A stretch of 64,000 nucleotides of DNA from Bigelowiella natans CCMP2755 (taxonomy: Eukaryota > Protista > Cercozoa): contig ADNK01000875.1 of assembly GCA_000320545.1 (NCBI GenBank), positions 248,001 through 312,000 of the forward strand, in the 5' to 3' direction. The notes under the pieces are model-generated. The model worked only from the letters and a program-made list of their open reading frames with translations, searched no databases and was not told the DNA's origin. A program made the position numbers and the translations under genes. Of the stretch, positions 1 to 13,900 are shown piece after piece (the stretch's first letter is position 1; each line of letters begins with the position of its first letter).

Positions 1-653
1 TCATCCTCTCACTCACTCTCCCAATTGTCCCTTATTCTTCGTTGCCTGACTAACCTTACCCCTATTATTATTATTATTACTATTTCTGCTACTACTCCTA
101 TTACAACTACTTTTGCAACTGCAGAGATTGCGCTATTGCTGTCCTTAACAATACTACTCAGGGACTGATCTAGCTTGGTCGAAGGTTTCTGTGTCATCAC
201 CCATCATCATATCACCCATCATCGTCATCATTAGAAGAGGAAGAGAAGAAGAAGAGGAGGAAAAAGAAGAAGGCAGATCAAGACATAGCACAGCGCAGCG
301 AGCCTACAACCACCCTCCACACTTTCGGCTACTGTTGCCACATTATATTATTCATTAATTCATATATTTACCAGTATGGCTGCTACTATTATGGCCAACT
401 TGACACCACACGAACACACACAGAATAACTCACACAAGCACACACGCACACACACACACACACACAGTTTACGACGAAGACGAGGGTCTACAGGGGAATT
501 GATGGTCGCCCCTTGGACTGGAAGTGTTGAGGAGCGCCGATGATTCTTGGCATCATCGAGTAGTACGTTTGTGCTGCCTAGAGGGAGAAGAAGGGGAAGA
601 AGAAGTAACATCATATTTTGGACATCCATCATGGAGATGTACCTTTGTACACG

Positions 654-687
<34 letters not shown>

Positions 688-737
688 CCAACATGTCTGT
701 ACACATGCAAATACATACTCCACGCCTGATAACCTGC

Positions 738-768
<31 letters not shown>

Positions 769-1086
769 CCCCCCCCCCCCCCCCATGAATGCAATCAAAA
801 CTCACCCTGCTGCTGCTGTTGTTGTAGAGAATCCCGTCCACTTGCTGACTCTACAGAAAGGGGGTCGTCAAGTGATATTGCTCCCAGGAGCATCTAAAGA
901 GGGGAGAAGAGGAAGGAAGAAGAAGAAGAAGAAGAACAACAACAACAAAGGGGGCAGGCACAAAAAAAGAGCAAAGAACATATGAGCAACCACGCGATGA
1001 GTGACGAATCATCGAAGAATACGAAAAGAATATAAAATAATACTAATGCGGCGACAGGAAAGTCCAGCGTTTCTCACTACAGGGAG

Positions 1087-1128
<42 letters not shown>

Positions 1129-1309
1129 CAAAAGAGCGGTAGTAGTAGTAGTAGTGGTAGCAGTACCTTAGACATCGTTATTGAAGGTAATTGCGTGAAG
1201 AACCGCATCACGGTTTCGCAGAGATAATAGGCAATCTGAGAAGAGGAAAGGTAGTTTCGTTATTTCGATGAAGAGGAAGAAGCAGACAGAGAGCTACATA
1301 TATATCATA

Positions 1310-1346
<37 letters not shown>

Positions 1347-1547
1347 ATAATTGGTACTGAAATCAGAGATATTGCCTCCTCCTTCTTCTTCCACAATGCT
1401 TGCTGCTACTACTACTACTACTAGTACTAGTACTAGTGATACCTCATGCCTGACACTCGGCCCAAACGCTGTTAGGTAGCAAGGAACCTTGACAGTGTAT
1501 TACAAGCACCGACAACACAAGTACAAACCACAACATCTACTTTGTCA

Positions 1548-1580
<33 letters not shown>

Positions 1581-1863
1581 CCAACGACCTACCTACCTAC
1601 ATCGGCTATATACCAAAAGAGAATTTCAGATCATAGTTTATTCTTCCGAGAGGCAGAGAGAGAGAAGGAGAGAGAGAGAGAGAAAGAGAGAAGGGTGTAC
1701 CCTTTCCGCAATCTTGTCGAAAAGGAATAGCTTGAGTTTTAAGGGCAGCACATCTAATGAGCTCATCTTCATAGAGGTCATGACCTAAGATATATCGATG
1801 GTGATGAGAAAGAAAGAAGAATACGACACAAGAACGACACGAGCGGTGGCTCTTATTTCTCCT

Positions 1864-1905
<42 letters not shown>

Positions 1906-2254
1906 TTTATCTAGGGAGGGAGGATTCGATGATATAGGAGGGAGGGAGGAAAGGAGGAGCAACAAACTTATTATTATTATAATTATTATTATTATGATCA
2001 TTTTTTGCATCATCTCTACTCTCCCCCCATCGGTAAAGTTTTGAATGGAGCTGCATCACGACGGAAGGCACAAGAATGGACGGGTACACTACGACGAAAC
2101 GGAATCACTAGCACAATCTTGCTGCTTACTACCATTTGTGCGTAGTTGCAGTAGATAGATGCTGTCAATATTGCGAAGAACCCCGCAAGTTTATTCGAGA
2201 CCCCAACATCCGCTGAGAGGGCCTGTTAAACAAGTAGTATCTCGTTATTCATAT

Positions 2255-2292
<38 letters not shown>

Positions 2293-2600
2293 ATATATAA
2301 TATACCTCCTTTTCGCTAATGTGTATGTGTATGTGTATGTGTTGTGTGTGTGTATTTCCATGCATTTTTTGGGATTTGGTCAAAAAACCTTCGCTTCCGC
2401 CATAATGCCGCTAATATCGTTCTGATGGTGATAATGAGAGAAATATGGGGGAAACGAAGCAAGGGAAAAGAGAGTACAGAGAGGGAGTGGGAAAGCTTGA
2501 CGACGACTACGACGACTGCTGGCAAGGACCTGGTACAAGAGGTAGATATCTCGTTTCTTCTTGTTGCCAGAGTTTACTGCTGCAGGAGCGCCTATTCATT

Positions 2601-2634
<34 letters not shown>

Positions 2635-3534
2635 CATTATTTCGCTTTCCCACCTTAATTACCTCCCCCCCCTCCGCCCCCACCCTTTTGTTATCACTCA
2701 GCAGTACACATAGCAGCAAGTACTAGTACTCACCATGTGACGAGTAGGCGACTTGCATGCAAGAGGGCGGCGACATTTCCTGCTGAATTTGTATGACCCC
2801 TATCCGCGTGAGCGGAGCAGCACCTGTGGGATGTGGATCGTTAGTTGGTGTACCTAGATCTTGTAGTATGCACGCATTAATGATCATAGCAGCGCCAGAA
2901 GGATGATAAAAGAAGCAGTGAAAAACGACAAACGAGCATTAATACAGCGTAGAAAGTTTCCTGTCCCTGTTTCTACTTATTTCCCTCACTATCATCATCA
3001 TCATCATCATCAGTAGCAGCAAATGCAGCAGCACGAGCCTTATCTATCACCTTGTCCTCTACATACTCCAAGGAAAACAGATTGTCCTCCTGTCCCTGCG
3101 GCGGCGTTGGCGATGGTTGTTATGAGAGGAGAGCACAATTCAACATTTTTTTTCATTTATTTGAGATCATAAGATGGTCCATAGCGAGAAAACCCGAATG
3201 TTTCCATTCATCGCCGTTGCGGCAGAACAAAAATCATCGATGTTTTCGGAGCTGTGACCTTTATCTACACTAAGATTCTGAGTTGAACTACATGCTGTAA
3301 CTGTGTTAGTTTTTCTGCTCGGTTTGTGCCACCACCTCTATTCATATTGCCTACATATGCGCCTGATATTGACGTTGGCACCCCTGTGAACAGCACGTGA
3401 TTGTTCACGACGCTCCTCTCGGCATTCACACTAATTGCTGGAGAAACACAAGGAAAGGAGGGGGGGAGGGATGATGAGCACAATTGAATCTGTATGATGA
3501 CTAATTTATTCAAATAGAAGAATTACTGAGATGA

Positions 3535-3582
<48 letters not shown>

Positions 3583-3631
3583 TCTAGAGAGTACCTGTTA
3601 TTGGCTTCCAGTTTTTCGTCTTCTCGTCCAT
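1..3631 (-). CDS. Hypothetical multi-exon gene, likely running off the window start
   Basis: A series of short open segments flanked by ag|...|gt between microsatellite-rich introns (e.g. MDEKTKNWKPIT at 3631, ALSADVGVSNKLAGFFAILTASIYCNYAQM near 2130-2222, IAYYLCETVMRFFTQLPSITMSK near 1167-1235). No family recognised. Confidence 0.45.
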
Positions 3632-4017
3632 GTACCGCACACATAGTCGAACTGAAAGCGAGGTGATGAAAGACTTTCACGACATATTAAGGTAGGGGCA
3701 TGTGATCTTAAGCACAGCAAAATTTAAAAAACGCAAAGGGAGATAGATTGACGCTCTATATACCAGCGCACTTATACTTATGCTACATAAAATTCAAACA
3801 TTAGTAGTTTAGAGCGTTCTGATAATGGTTTTAATGCGTAGCAGCATTATGCTTGTCCACAGCTTGTAGCAGCAGATCAATACTACTACTCTTCCTATTT
3901 TCTGGTAGGATCGTTGATATCGACGTTTTATTACCCGGATTCCGAGCGCCTGTATTTAGTGCTGCAGACAAGCCACTCACGGTATGCGAGATCTGACTAA
4001 AGCCTGCACCGAAGAAG

Positions 4018-4857
4018 TCAAAGAGTTAATGGAACTATTTGGGTATATTTATGAAGAAATGCTTCTAGCCTCTTCGTTGGAATTGGAGGGGCAAGTATTC
4101 GGTTGCAAAAGAAAATCTGTGGTTTCGAGCAGAATCTGCTTCATTCTTTATTTTGTGTGTCACGTGTTTCCTAATTTCCTTTTCCCCCCCTACAAAATAC
4201 TGTCCTACTATCTCATCTACCACCCTCCCCAAACTTTGCAGAAACCTTCCGCTGGTTTTTCCTTCTCGAAACGGAGCGCCACATCAATGATTGGCGCGTC
4301 GGCATCTATTTCCTCCTCTACCTCACACACGGCATCTAATAGCAGTAATGTATAATGAATTCTTTTTCATGGTACAATCACTATCGGAGAAACGGCATGT
4401 ATATTCGTTAGTAGGCTTGCATTGATGCTAACGGTCAAAGTGACATGTGAAAGTAGGAAGACTACTCTCCTGAACATTGATACCTTTCACTTTGCGCCAA
4501 ACTTTGATTCGCCGTTTCGTCAACGCCTTGGTAACGGACTGTCACGACAAGGAGTGGTTGAGGACAGTTGTTTATGTTAAACAGCACTTCCTCACGAGTG
4601 TACGTGAATGGTGCAGAATGTGTCCATGAAGATCGGAATTACGCCATACGATGAAAATAAAGATTCTAGTATTGTTTGTATCCCCAACCCAATATAAGCA
4701 AAGAGAGCACGAAGACTCACCTTCTCGAAGTTCAATGAGGCTGAGTGTGTTGGGCGTTTCTTAGAGCGCTTCAGACGATTGCACCTCTACGTGATTTGAA
4801 TTCGATTAAGAATTTTACTTTTCCTCTTTGAATGAAAGTATCTTTGTCGTTGGCATT

Positions 4858-4888
<31 letters not shown>

Positions 4889-5884
4889 TCATCATCATCA
4901 TTGGTGTTTTCACTTGACCTTATCTTCTACGTCCCAGGAGCCATACGGAATTTTCAAGTCAAACGCGCTGTCGGCTTTTCCTTCTGCTTATTCAGAACCA
5001 ACAACGAGTGGTGGATACAAAATATAGTAAGGATGCTTTGAGTGTTGACGGGAATCCAGAAAAGAAGAGAATCTGACAGTTCGGCACGTCTCCATGTTTC
5101 CTGTCTAATTTGAATACCTGACACTCGCTCGGCTTCTGCATCGAGAATCTTGAGGAAGGGATCTGGATGGATCTGGAGTCGTGGGTACACCAGAATAGGA
5201 AAAGGAATCGACATGTGAGGATGAGGAAGCTACGACTAGCTGTGGCTATTTTGATGTCTGCTACATTTAGATCAACCCCCCAATGTCCAAAAAACATCCT
5301 TCTTCCAGCGCTTCTACCCTATCGAAAGCTTCCAGTCATCGCTTCCAATTCTAACTCACTCAACCTACATTGATAGAAGCCTTTAATCCTTTCCTCAGCT
5401 GATCGAAGGCCTTATCCATGGCTCCTTGAGGGAAGGTAGCTACTGCAATCTGATATCCTATCGCGTCTGCGATCACTCGGGGCTGGAAATGAAGCTAAGA
5501 CTTCCAACAGAATATGTCGTTCTGCATAAATTCCCTTGTATTTCCACATTTGTGTCAACTCGATCCAGTCATCCCGAAAGTGCTCCTGTTTCCAGCTCTG
5601 TGCATGCTTTCGAGAGCTCGTCCTGTACGAAAGGCCGTCGTTCTCGATAAATCCAGACTGAATACAGAATATCCGGGTCTGCCAATAGCCAAAGAAGAAG
5701 TCGAAACTTCGCCGTTCACAATGGGGGTGATGCTCAACTTCTTTCCAGAAGATCGGACGGAACCTACGCTGCGGTTGGCGGAAAGCTGAGACAAACGCAG
5801 GACGTTAGGCAAGAATTTGTCGTGATTTACGTGATAATTTGTGGTAATTGACCGCAACTGACGATCGGCTGACCCCTTTCCCAC
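4018..5884 (-). CDS. Hypothetical multi-exon gene
   Basis: Exon-like segments with splice signals (SVTKALTKRRIKVLAQSER near 4485-4540; DAVCEVEEEIDADAPIIDVALRFEKEKPAE near 4246-4335). Boundaries uncertain and no homology recognised. Confidence 0.3.
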
Positions 5885-6049
5885 CAGTCAAAACTTCAGA
5901 CCTCTCCACGTGGCTATATAGCTTCAACACCCTGGTCTCGTTTTTTGGTTTCTAGTCGATACAAGAGATTCAAACGTTTGCTACTAGTAGGAAAAGAATG
6001 CCCTCTCGTAGGTTTTGACTGAAGATTTATTTCAGGAGATTACATCAAG

Positions 6050-6284
6050 ATGCCTGAGTCCAAGTCTGAGCCTGCAAGCGAAAAACCAAAGTTAAAAATA
6101 TGCTGTGCGTGCCCGGATACGAGAAAGTTGAGGGACAAATGTCATTTATTGAAGGTACAATGTAAAAACAAAATATCTAGACTGTCCATCAAATAAAATT
6201 GCTTCACTGTAGGGACCAGAACATTGTAAGAAGGAAATTGAGGCACACAAAGTATGCTTGAGGAAGCTAGGCTTTAAGATATGA
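6050..6284 (+). CDS. COX17: Cytochrome c oxidase copper chaperone COX17 (2 exons)
   Basis: Exons 6050-6154 and 6213-6284 (GT-AG intron) give MPESKSEPASEKPKLKICCACPDTRKLRDKCHLLK|GPEHCKKEIEAHKVCLRKLGFKI*. This has the CCxC copper site, twin CX9C motifs and the typical LGF end. Missed by the ORF track. Confidence 0.95.
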
Positions 6285-7191
6285 TTCTCGTCGGATTTCA
6301 ATTGAAAATGCTTGAATCAGTCAAAGGGATACAATCAATATAGGTTTCAGTTCAAGATTCTTGCCTGAACTCTCCCATCAAGTAAAATGTCTCACGTGAC
6401 ATTCTAGCAAGTCCCCCACCATGCAATCAACATTATGCTATCTAGGACGGAGGCATAATTTTCTATTTGTGTCACTCTTGTTTCACATTTATATCTTAGT
6501 GATACTTGTAATGCTTGTCATAGACAATGTGCATGTTGGTGTGCATATGGGAGACACATCTACGACTAGCAAGGTGCTTGTGGCACGTATCACATGCAGA
6601 GTGCACTGCAAAGCACCATAGGCCGTTGCATATACGTATGCGTGGACCATGCACACACGCGCGGTTAGTAGAAAGACTGTTGAATACTGCTACGGTGGAT
6701 CGCCGAGACGATGATACTACATGTCATGGCAAATGCAGCTGTCTAGCTGTGCTGGCAACTCTAGACTTGCATCAGCTGCTCAACGCTAATGCATGGCACA
6801 TGTTAGTGATATTTAGCGGTAAACAAGTCTTGTACAGATGCGCCCCCCCTGTGATATATGAAGATTCCAGCTGCGGACATTGCGATAATCGTTACCAAAA
6901 TTACGACTAGATGAATCTAAGCGCACATCGCTGTCAGCTGTGCATGTAGAAGCCATGTTGGAGCAGCACTGTCGCGATCGCATCAGTAGCTGCGAGCAAC
7001 CATGCTGACATACACATCTAGACATGGCACGGTCATGTTGCATCATATACTGCATACGTAGTTACATGTATGCCATAGATAGTATCGTATGGATTGACTA
7101 CGTGAACAATGTGCAACAGCGTCGATCGCTCAATAATAACATCATCAGGGCAATCTAGCAATACGATCATCTTGCACTCGCAAATGTACCA

Positions 7192-10100
7192 TCAGTTAGT
7201 CGAATTCGGCGTTGGGCTGAACTCAACGGAATGCAGAACCTGCCAATGGTGACGTGGCACTTCCACATGACCACACTCCTCTGCGAGACCCGCGAGAAGC
7301 TTTGGCATTTCGGCCTTTCCTCTAATTCTTGGTTGTGACTGATCCGTGAGCCCCACGAATAGTTCCATACCGGCAATATTAACTGGTGATACACTCTCTT
7401 TACCTTCTGCCATCAGATGCTGGTGTTTTTGGCCAAGAATGGACGTCTTAAAGCCAACCTCGGCGCGCTTGAGCACACGACAGGACACCCCGTGGCTTGG
7501 AAGATTTCGTAGCGCTGCACACACACGCTGGCTCTTGAGGGAAACGCTGCTGATGTTTAGCAGAAGGACGGGACCAAAAGAGTTGCTGGTTGTATTATCA
7601 TCGGTGATGCCTGTGCCATTCCTATTGGCGGTAGCGCTATTATTGTCGTAACTAGTTATATTCGTGTTGTGGTCGTCATTCTTGTCGCTGAGCCGGTTGT
7701 TGTATGTGCTGCTGCTGCTGCTGCTGCTGTAGATCGCGACGAGACGATCAAGCAAGCCGCAGATAAGACCCGTCCCCTTCCAGAACGACAATGGCTGCGG
7801 AGTGGTGGCCTTCTCTTCTCTTTTCTTTCTGCCTTCCCTCTCCCCATCCGCCTCATCGTCGATGCTGTCGACGTGTCTGCACTCCTCTTCGGTTGGGATA
7901 TAGGGGGGGTTACAGATGATAAGATCAAACGCACTGTATTGCTGCTCAAGGGCGCATCCAAGGCGCGGCCTTACGTTGCTCGGCATGGCGGCGTAAGGAG
8001 ATTTCATGAACGCGATGGCTTCTTTGCACGTGTCTAATGCTACAACTGTAGCAGAGGGCAGGGACAATGCAAGAGACTTGGCTAACCACCCAGACCCCGC
8101 CCCGACGTCGATGGCGCGCTGAAATATAAATCTGGATCCTCCTGCGTCATCTTCAGCTTCCTCGCCACCTCTTTCTCCCTTCAACATTGTACGGCCATAG
8201 CGAGAGCGAATAACGTTGGCCGTGATGAAGGTGTCTAGATTTGGCCGCATGAAGTGGCCACCCTGCTTGTAGAAGTCCATCTGCTCTGTCCAAAGATGAT
8301 GAGATGGTCGCGACGATGGCAGTAACGACGGCGTTGTTGGTGGTAGGAATTTTGAGGAAGGAAGTAGTAACGACTCCACGGGCGTTTTCATGGATGATGA
8401 CGATGATGATGATGATAATGATGATGATAATGATGATGAGGGTGGTGTGTGTAAGTGACTCTGCTGTCTTAGAGTGATGAAGTACTTTGCCTCCGCAGGA
8501 AGTCCATACCACCTGAAGCCGCCGATCACCGCCGGATGGGCAAGAGACCAGACCAGCTGCTTCGGATGTTTCTCCGGATCTTTTTTATCTACAAGATACT
8601 CCTGGGCGAGAACCACGTCGCCGGAAGCATTTGTTTCGCATACAACAGCAACTTTACGAGAGCTCTTGCCGCCGTCGTCTTGAAACAGGAGATTTTTCAT
8701 CTTCTCGATCATCGCGTCGACTCTGAGTTCTTGCTGCTTTGCCAGCACCAAAGCACGAGGCCAGTCCACCGTGCGCCCATCATCCGCAAAATAGCTAAAG
8801 TTCCTCCGAGACATTTGGTCAACGCGCGCTGCTACCCCCAGCTTGTGCATGTGAGGGAGTGAGCAGTTTATGTCGTTTGGGAAAAGCAGCGGCGGTGAAC
8901 TTCTGTTGTTCCTGGAGTTTCTTTTCATAACATCACCACCACCACCACCACCACTACTACTACTACTGCTGCTGCAGTTACTATCACGTTCACAACAGTT
9001 GCTATTAGTTTTCGCAACGATTTCCAGGATTCTCGTGCACAAGTCGTTGGCGATGAAGCGCACGTAGCTCTTGACTGTCCGAGCGTTCATTGTTCCTCCA
9101 ATCGATTCCGACGGGTTGTCCTGGAAAAGAAATTCGACGAAGGCCTCCTCCACATGCACAGCGCCACGCACTATTTCATGCACCGTTTGCGCACTGATAG
9201 AATCTCCCTGGGCGATTAGGCGTTTGAGAAGTGCGAGGGAAATGTTGACATGTTGTCCCTCGTCACGAGCAATCAGGTCATTCGATCCTACCAGCGATGG
9301 CAGCTGCTTTGCGTACTTTTCCTTATAGTAGTAGATGTACGCAAAAGCGGAAGAGAACATTATCCCTTCCACACAGGCGAAGGCCACTAACCTCTCCGCG
9401 CGGGTTCGGTTCCTGCGATTCATGAATCGCCGCACGAAGTTGATTTTCCTTCTAAACGCACACGCGCTGTTTGGGTAGTGTGTGTTGTTAGCCTCTCTGC
9501 TGGTAGGGTTGTCATTTCGAGCACCCTCCTCCTCTTCTCCCTCCACCTCCTCCTCACAGATATTAGTTGTCGCGCCAGTTTCACGAAACAGAATTTTTCT
9601 CTCCTCAGCATCTGGTACAAAGCTCTTCAGCAAGAGGCTGTACGTCAGGCTATGGACGACTTCCTGTGCATTTTGCAGCGCAAGAACTTGCGAGCACAGC
9701 TGACCACTGGCGTCGTCAAGATCGTCGAATTCAATGGTGAAGTTGTCTCTCAGGTTGCGCGAAACAACATTGTCCGCGAGCGCGAGAAAGGCCATGACGC
9801 GCACCAACACTGACCGTTCCAGCGGCGGTAAAATCTCGATGTTTTTCTGGTCGATCTCATAGGGAAATTCTGTTTGCGACCATGCTGCCTCTTGAAACCA
9901 CAGAACAAACTCGTACATCTCGCGGTCACCTGAGGGATCTACCAGGAGCTTACATAGGGGAGGAGACGGAGGAGAACGATGAGGAGGAGGAGGTGAAGGC
10001 GAGATTGGCGTCTTCTTCTTCCATGATGACGACGACGTCGATGATGATGATGATGATGATGATGATGATAACGATGATTCTACAGTCCTTTGTTGACTTT

Positions 10101-10946
10101 TAACATCGAGATCATACTGTTGTTGTCGGAGGAGAGAGGACGGGAGTAATCGGGCCTGACGAGGGGGGCGCATGCGCATGTAGTAGAGACCAGTCTTCAA
10201 ACCGGCACGATTGCAGAGGAGGTGGTAAGCTGCTAGAAAGGTGTTGTCAGGATGCTCTACGAAGTAGTTGAAGGACTCCGATTGGTCAATGAACCACGAC
10301 CGCACCTATGTTGGTATGCGCGCGTGTGTGTTTGCTTGCGTGTCAGTGTGCATTTTTACATAATACATGGGTAATATATGAATGATATTTGCAATAAAAT
10401 CTGGCACAAAAACGAATTTTAGAAGATAAATACGCAACAGCGTTGTGGCGAATGACAACGCTTTATCGATGGTTAAGGTAAGGTTAAAAGCTGAATAGTG
10501 AGCAATGGAATACCCATAATACATCGATCAAAACAACAACCTTGGAGTAAGCTACGGGTACATAGTCGGGGAGCTCCCATCCTGAAAATAGTGAAAGCGA
10601 TTTTCTTTTTTTGTGGATGAGGAGAAGAATGAATATTATTGACTCGTACCTGTGGGAAAGATGCCGCATAGCTCCCTCCAAAAGCTCTCTTCGGTGCTGT
10701 TCTTTTTATGTAAAAATCTACGGTAATCAATGCTGCGCAGAGAACCTCCAGACTCTTTCAGTTCTTTGGCTATATCGGCATTCCATAGGCCAACGGCACG
10801 CATGCGGGCGTGCATGTGGCGGTTTACTTGCCAGTATTGACCGAGGAAATCGCACCGAAGCTGCATATTGCTTTCGGGTAGCTCTGCACCTGCGGTATCC
10901 ATTGTATGTGTGTGTGTGTGTGTGTGCGTGTGGTAGGGATAGGAAA

Positions 10947-10987
<41 letters not shown>

Positions 10988-13900
10988 CGTAGAGTTTTGA
11001 TGCAGTTCTTTGAACCGTAATTTGAAGAATGGGAACGAAAAACACTAAATCACAGTCAGAGTGGCGGTAGCCCCTCCAGTCGGCCACAACGAATCGATGG
11101 TAAATATCAACATATTGGTTTGTTGCTGTGAACTATTTCGTCATGTATTTTGAGCCGTTACCAGAGCTGCAGCATCCGAAAACGTGCGACCAGAAAATGG
11201 AGGGGGGTTGGGCTGTGAGATGCGCGTTGTGTGTGCCGTGAAGCTCTAGCTTCGTGCGGACAGTCTCCCAATCGAGCCCAAAGCTGCCGTTGTCGTTCTC
11301 CTCACACCCTAAAATGCCCCTCGCACGGAATGCATTCATGCTGTTCTTGGCGACGTCAATCTCAGGATATGCTAGTTCGAATTGCAAAAACCTCTTTTTA
11401 ATCTTTTTCTTCTCCCTTTTTTGATGGTTGTGGTTGTCGTCTTCGCCTCCTCCAGCATTGATGGCCGCTGTTGCTGCCTGATCCAACGAACTGGACACTG
11501 CACCGAAGTAGAGATGCTCGTACAGTTTGCGGGCGAGTCTCAAGGCCGGAGTTGAGTCAAGAGAATGGCCAAACATCTGTAGCACATCGACCATGCCTTG
11601 CCCCCCAATCCCGAGGGAACTATTTTGGATATAATGTAAATCAATATCAGCATCGATTGCATATACTATCTTTCATTTTACACATCATTATTCATAATCC
11701 CTGTCGCCTTCTCCTCCTCCTTCTCCTCCTCCTCAGCTTTCTTTCTATCTTTCTGTATAACTCTATAATCAACTGACTAACCGATCCTTTGTCCCTTCGA
11801 ACGCTGCCAAGTTTTCAAACGTGCATGCCCCTGCAGTGACGAGGCAATCCCCCAAGCGTTGTGCCTCACGCGCCGCTCGAACAAGTCCATCCCAGTCTAC
11901 GTACGGTCCTGGATGTCCTGTCCAGTTGGCCCTTTGTGCTGTTTTCTCCCTTTTCCCCTTTGCTGCTAGTTTCACTTGAGGATCATCTCTGCCGCTGTCA
12001 TCATCGTCATCATTGTCGTTCTCCGTGGTGTGAGGGCTAAGTGTGCTTCGCTCATAGCGCACGAAGCTCGGAAAGCAGAGCGTCATGACCGTGCAAACGC
12101 TAGTCTCCGTTTCGTCAGAAAACTGAACGATTTCAGTGCACAGGTTGGAGCTTCGAATGGACGTCCCACGTTTTCTTTCCCTCTTTTTATTGTCTCGGAT
12201 ATCCCCCCTGCAATCGATGCTTGTTTTTCTTATCATATTCGCCCCTCTCCCCCCTTTGCTTCTAGCTGCACACGTCGTTGTTGTCGCCATCTTTGCTTTT
12301 TGGCTATCGTATTCTGTTTCCCCTGCCTCCGTTTCATCTTTTTTATCGTCGTCGTCATCATCTTCTTCATCATAGTTTACAATCACCGGAGATCTGCTGT
12401 TGATAGTGTCGCGATTAAGCATGTATGGTTCCCCCGTCTTGCGCTGCGAGCGAAGTATTGCGCCCATGATATCGCGTGCGCGGGTCCATTTCACAACTTT
12501 TCCCTCGGAGACAAGGCTGGCCATTTTTCTTCGGAAATCCGCCGTTGCCATGAGGGCGTGACTCTCGGCTGGGGAAAATAGCGGCCACTTGTCGTCCTCT
12601 TTCACTGCTTCGTAGAATGCATCAGGAATCTGAAAAGACGGCAGGGGGGAGGGGGGCCGAAGGGTTAAGGAAGCTACATGTCGATACGGTTTGGATGCAC
12701 CCCGAGAATGCGATACAAGAACGCGACGAAAAGCGTAGCACAAAAGAACAGCATTGAAATATGATGTGCAATACATAACAGGCAGGTGTGCCTTCACCAT
12801 AAGCGCAATATGATTATCCTTGGAGCTCTGTTCGATAGTAGGGTCCTTGAGCTTTAAGAACTCGAAAATGCCCTCGTGACTTGGATTCAAGTAGAAAGCC
12901 ATCGCTGGCTTACGGAAGCTCTTTTGCTGCTTTACACTTGAGCGTGCTACGGCCTCCAAGTATCTGAAAACATCACCGAGTTATGCCGAAACAGTCGTAT
13001 TTCATTCACATGTCATAAATGATACATGAAACACACCCACACCACACACATACTTGGCACCCCCGCAAAAGGAGCAAAAGAATATTCTGGCTAAACCTTG
13101 CGAGGGGAAGCATTTCTTCGGTCTCAACGCCATGAAATTGGATGCCATGGCCGCCATAGGGTAACTCCCCAAGATCGTTCAGCATCTTATGACCCTCACG
13201 ATTTCCCTGCGTAAAGCACGTAGAGAAATGACCATCAAGGCCTTTTCGCCCTGCATTCGCCATTAGTGGACTTGGAGGAGCAATCTTCTTCTGAGAAAAC
13301 AGCGTATACCAACTCTGTATCTGTGCTAAGCTTTTGTCATTCAGGATGAAGCTAGATGGTGTTCGCTGGGTCTCTGCTGCGTGAGCAGAAGAGGGTGATG
13401 AAGAAGATGACATGGAGGAGGAGGAGGAGGAGGAGGAGGCCCTGACCCTCCAGAGTTCCGCGGCTAATGAAGCGCGAAGATAGCTATACTGTGGCGTTTC
13501 AAGCAGCTCGTGGTAACTTCTCCCTTTCATATCATTCCCCATTGACATTTTTTTCGTCTTTGGTGCTCGCAGCGAGAACAGAGCGAGGGCGTGCATGCTA
13601 TAGATTCCGGGATACAGAAAGTCGCGCCCTGGGACGACCATGGCATCAAGTGCTTTTCGATTTCTCATGACTGTGGCATAGAAGGAGGAAGTCAGCTGGC
13701 TCTTCGCCGCCTCCATGGCTTCTGAGAATGATGGAGGTGCGCGTTGTTGGGTGCGCAGGGCGAACGAGCGAGCAGCCCATACACCTGATGATCATTCAGA
13801 TTTCACATGTGTATGGTGAGGGCGAGGTATAATGAAATTAGTATGGTTTTTAATTAGCCTGAAAAATGGACCGACCAGCTTCAGGGAAGAGCCAACTAAT

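Noticed and set aside
360-2726. Many ORF-track entries with poly-V, poly-T, poly-C or RERE runs
   Set aside because: These are translations of intronic microsatellites, not proteins.
12630-12797. Apparent 56-aa insertion in R1 within ORF 11769-12959
   Set aside because: It is bounded by GT...AG, is 168 nt long, and its removal restores HIALM|IPDAF, matching canonical FALWIPDLF. It is an in-frame intron.
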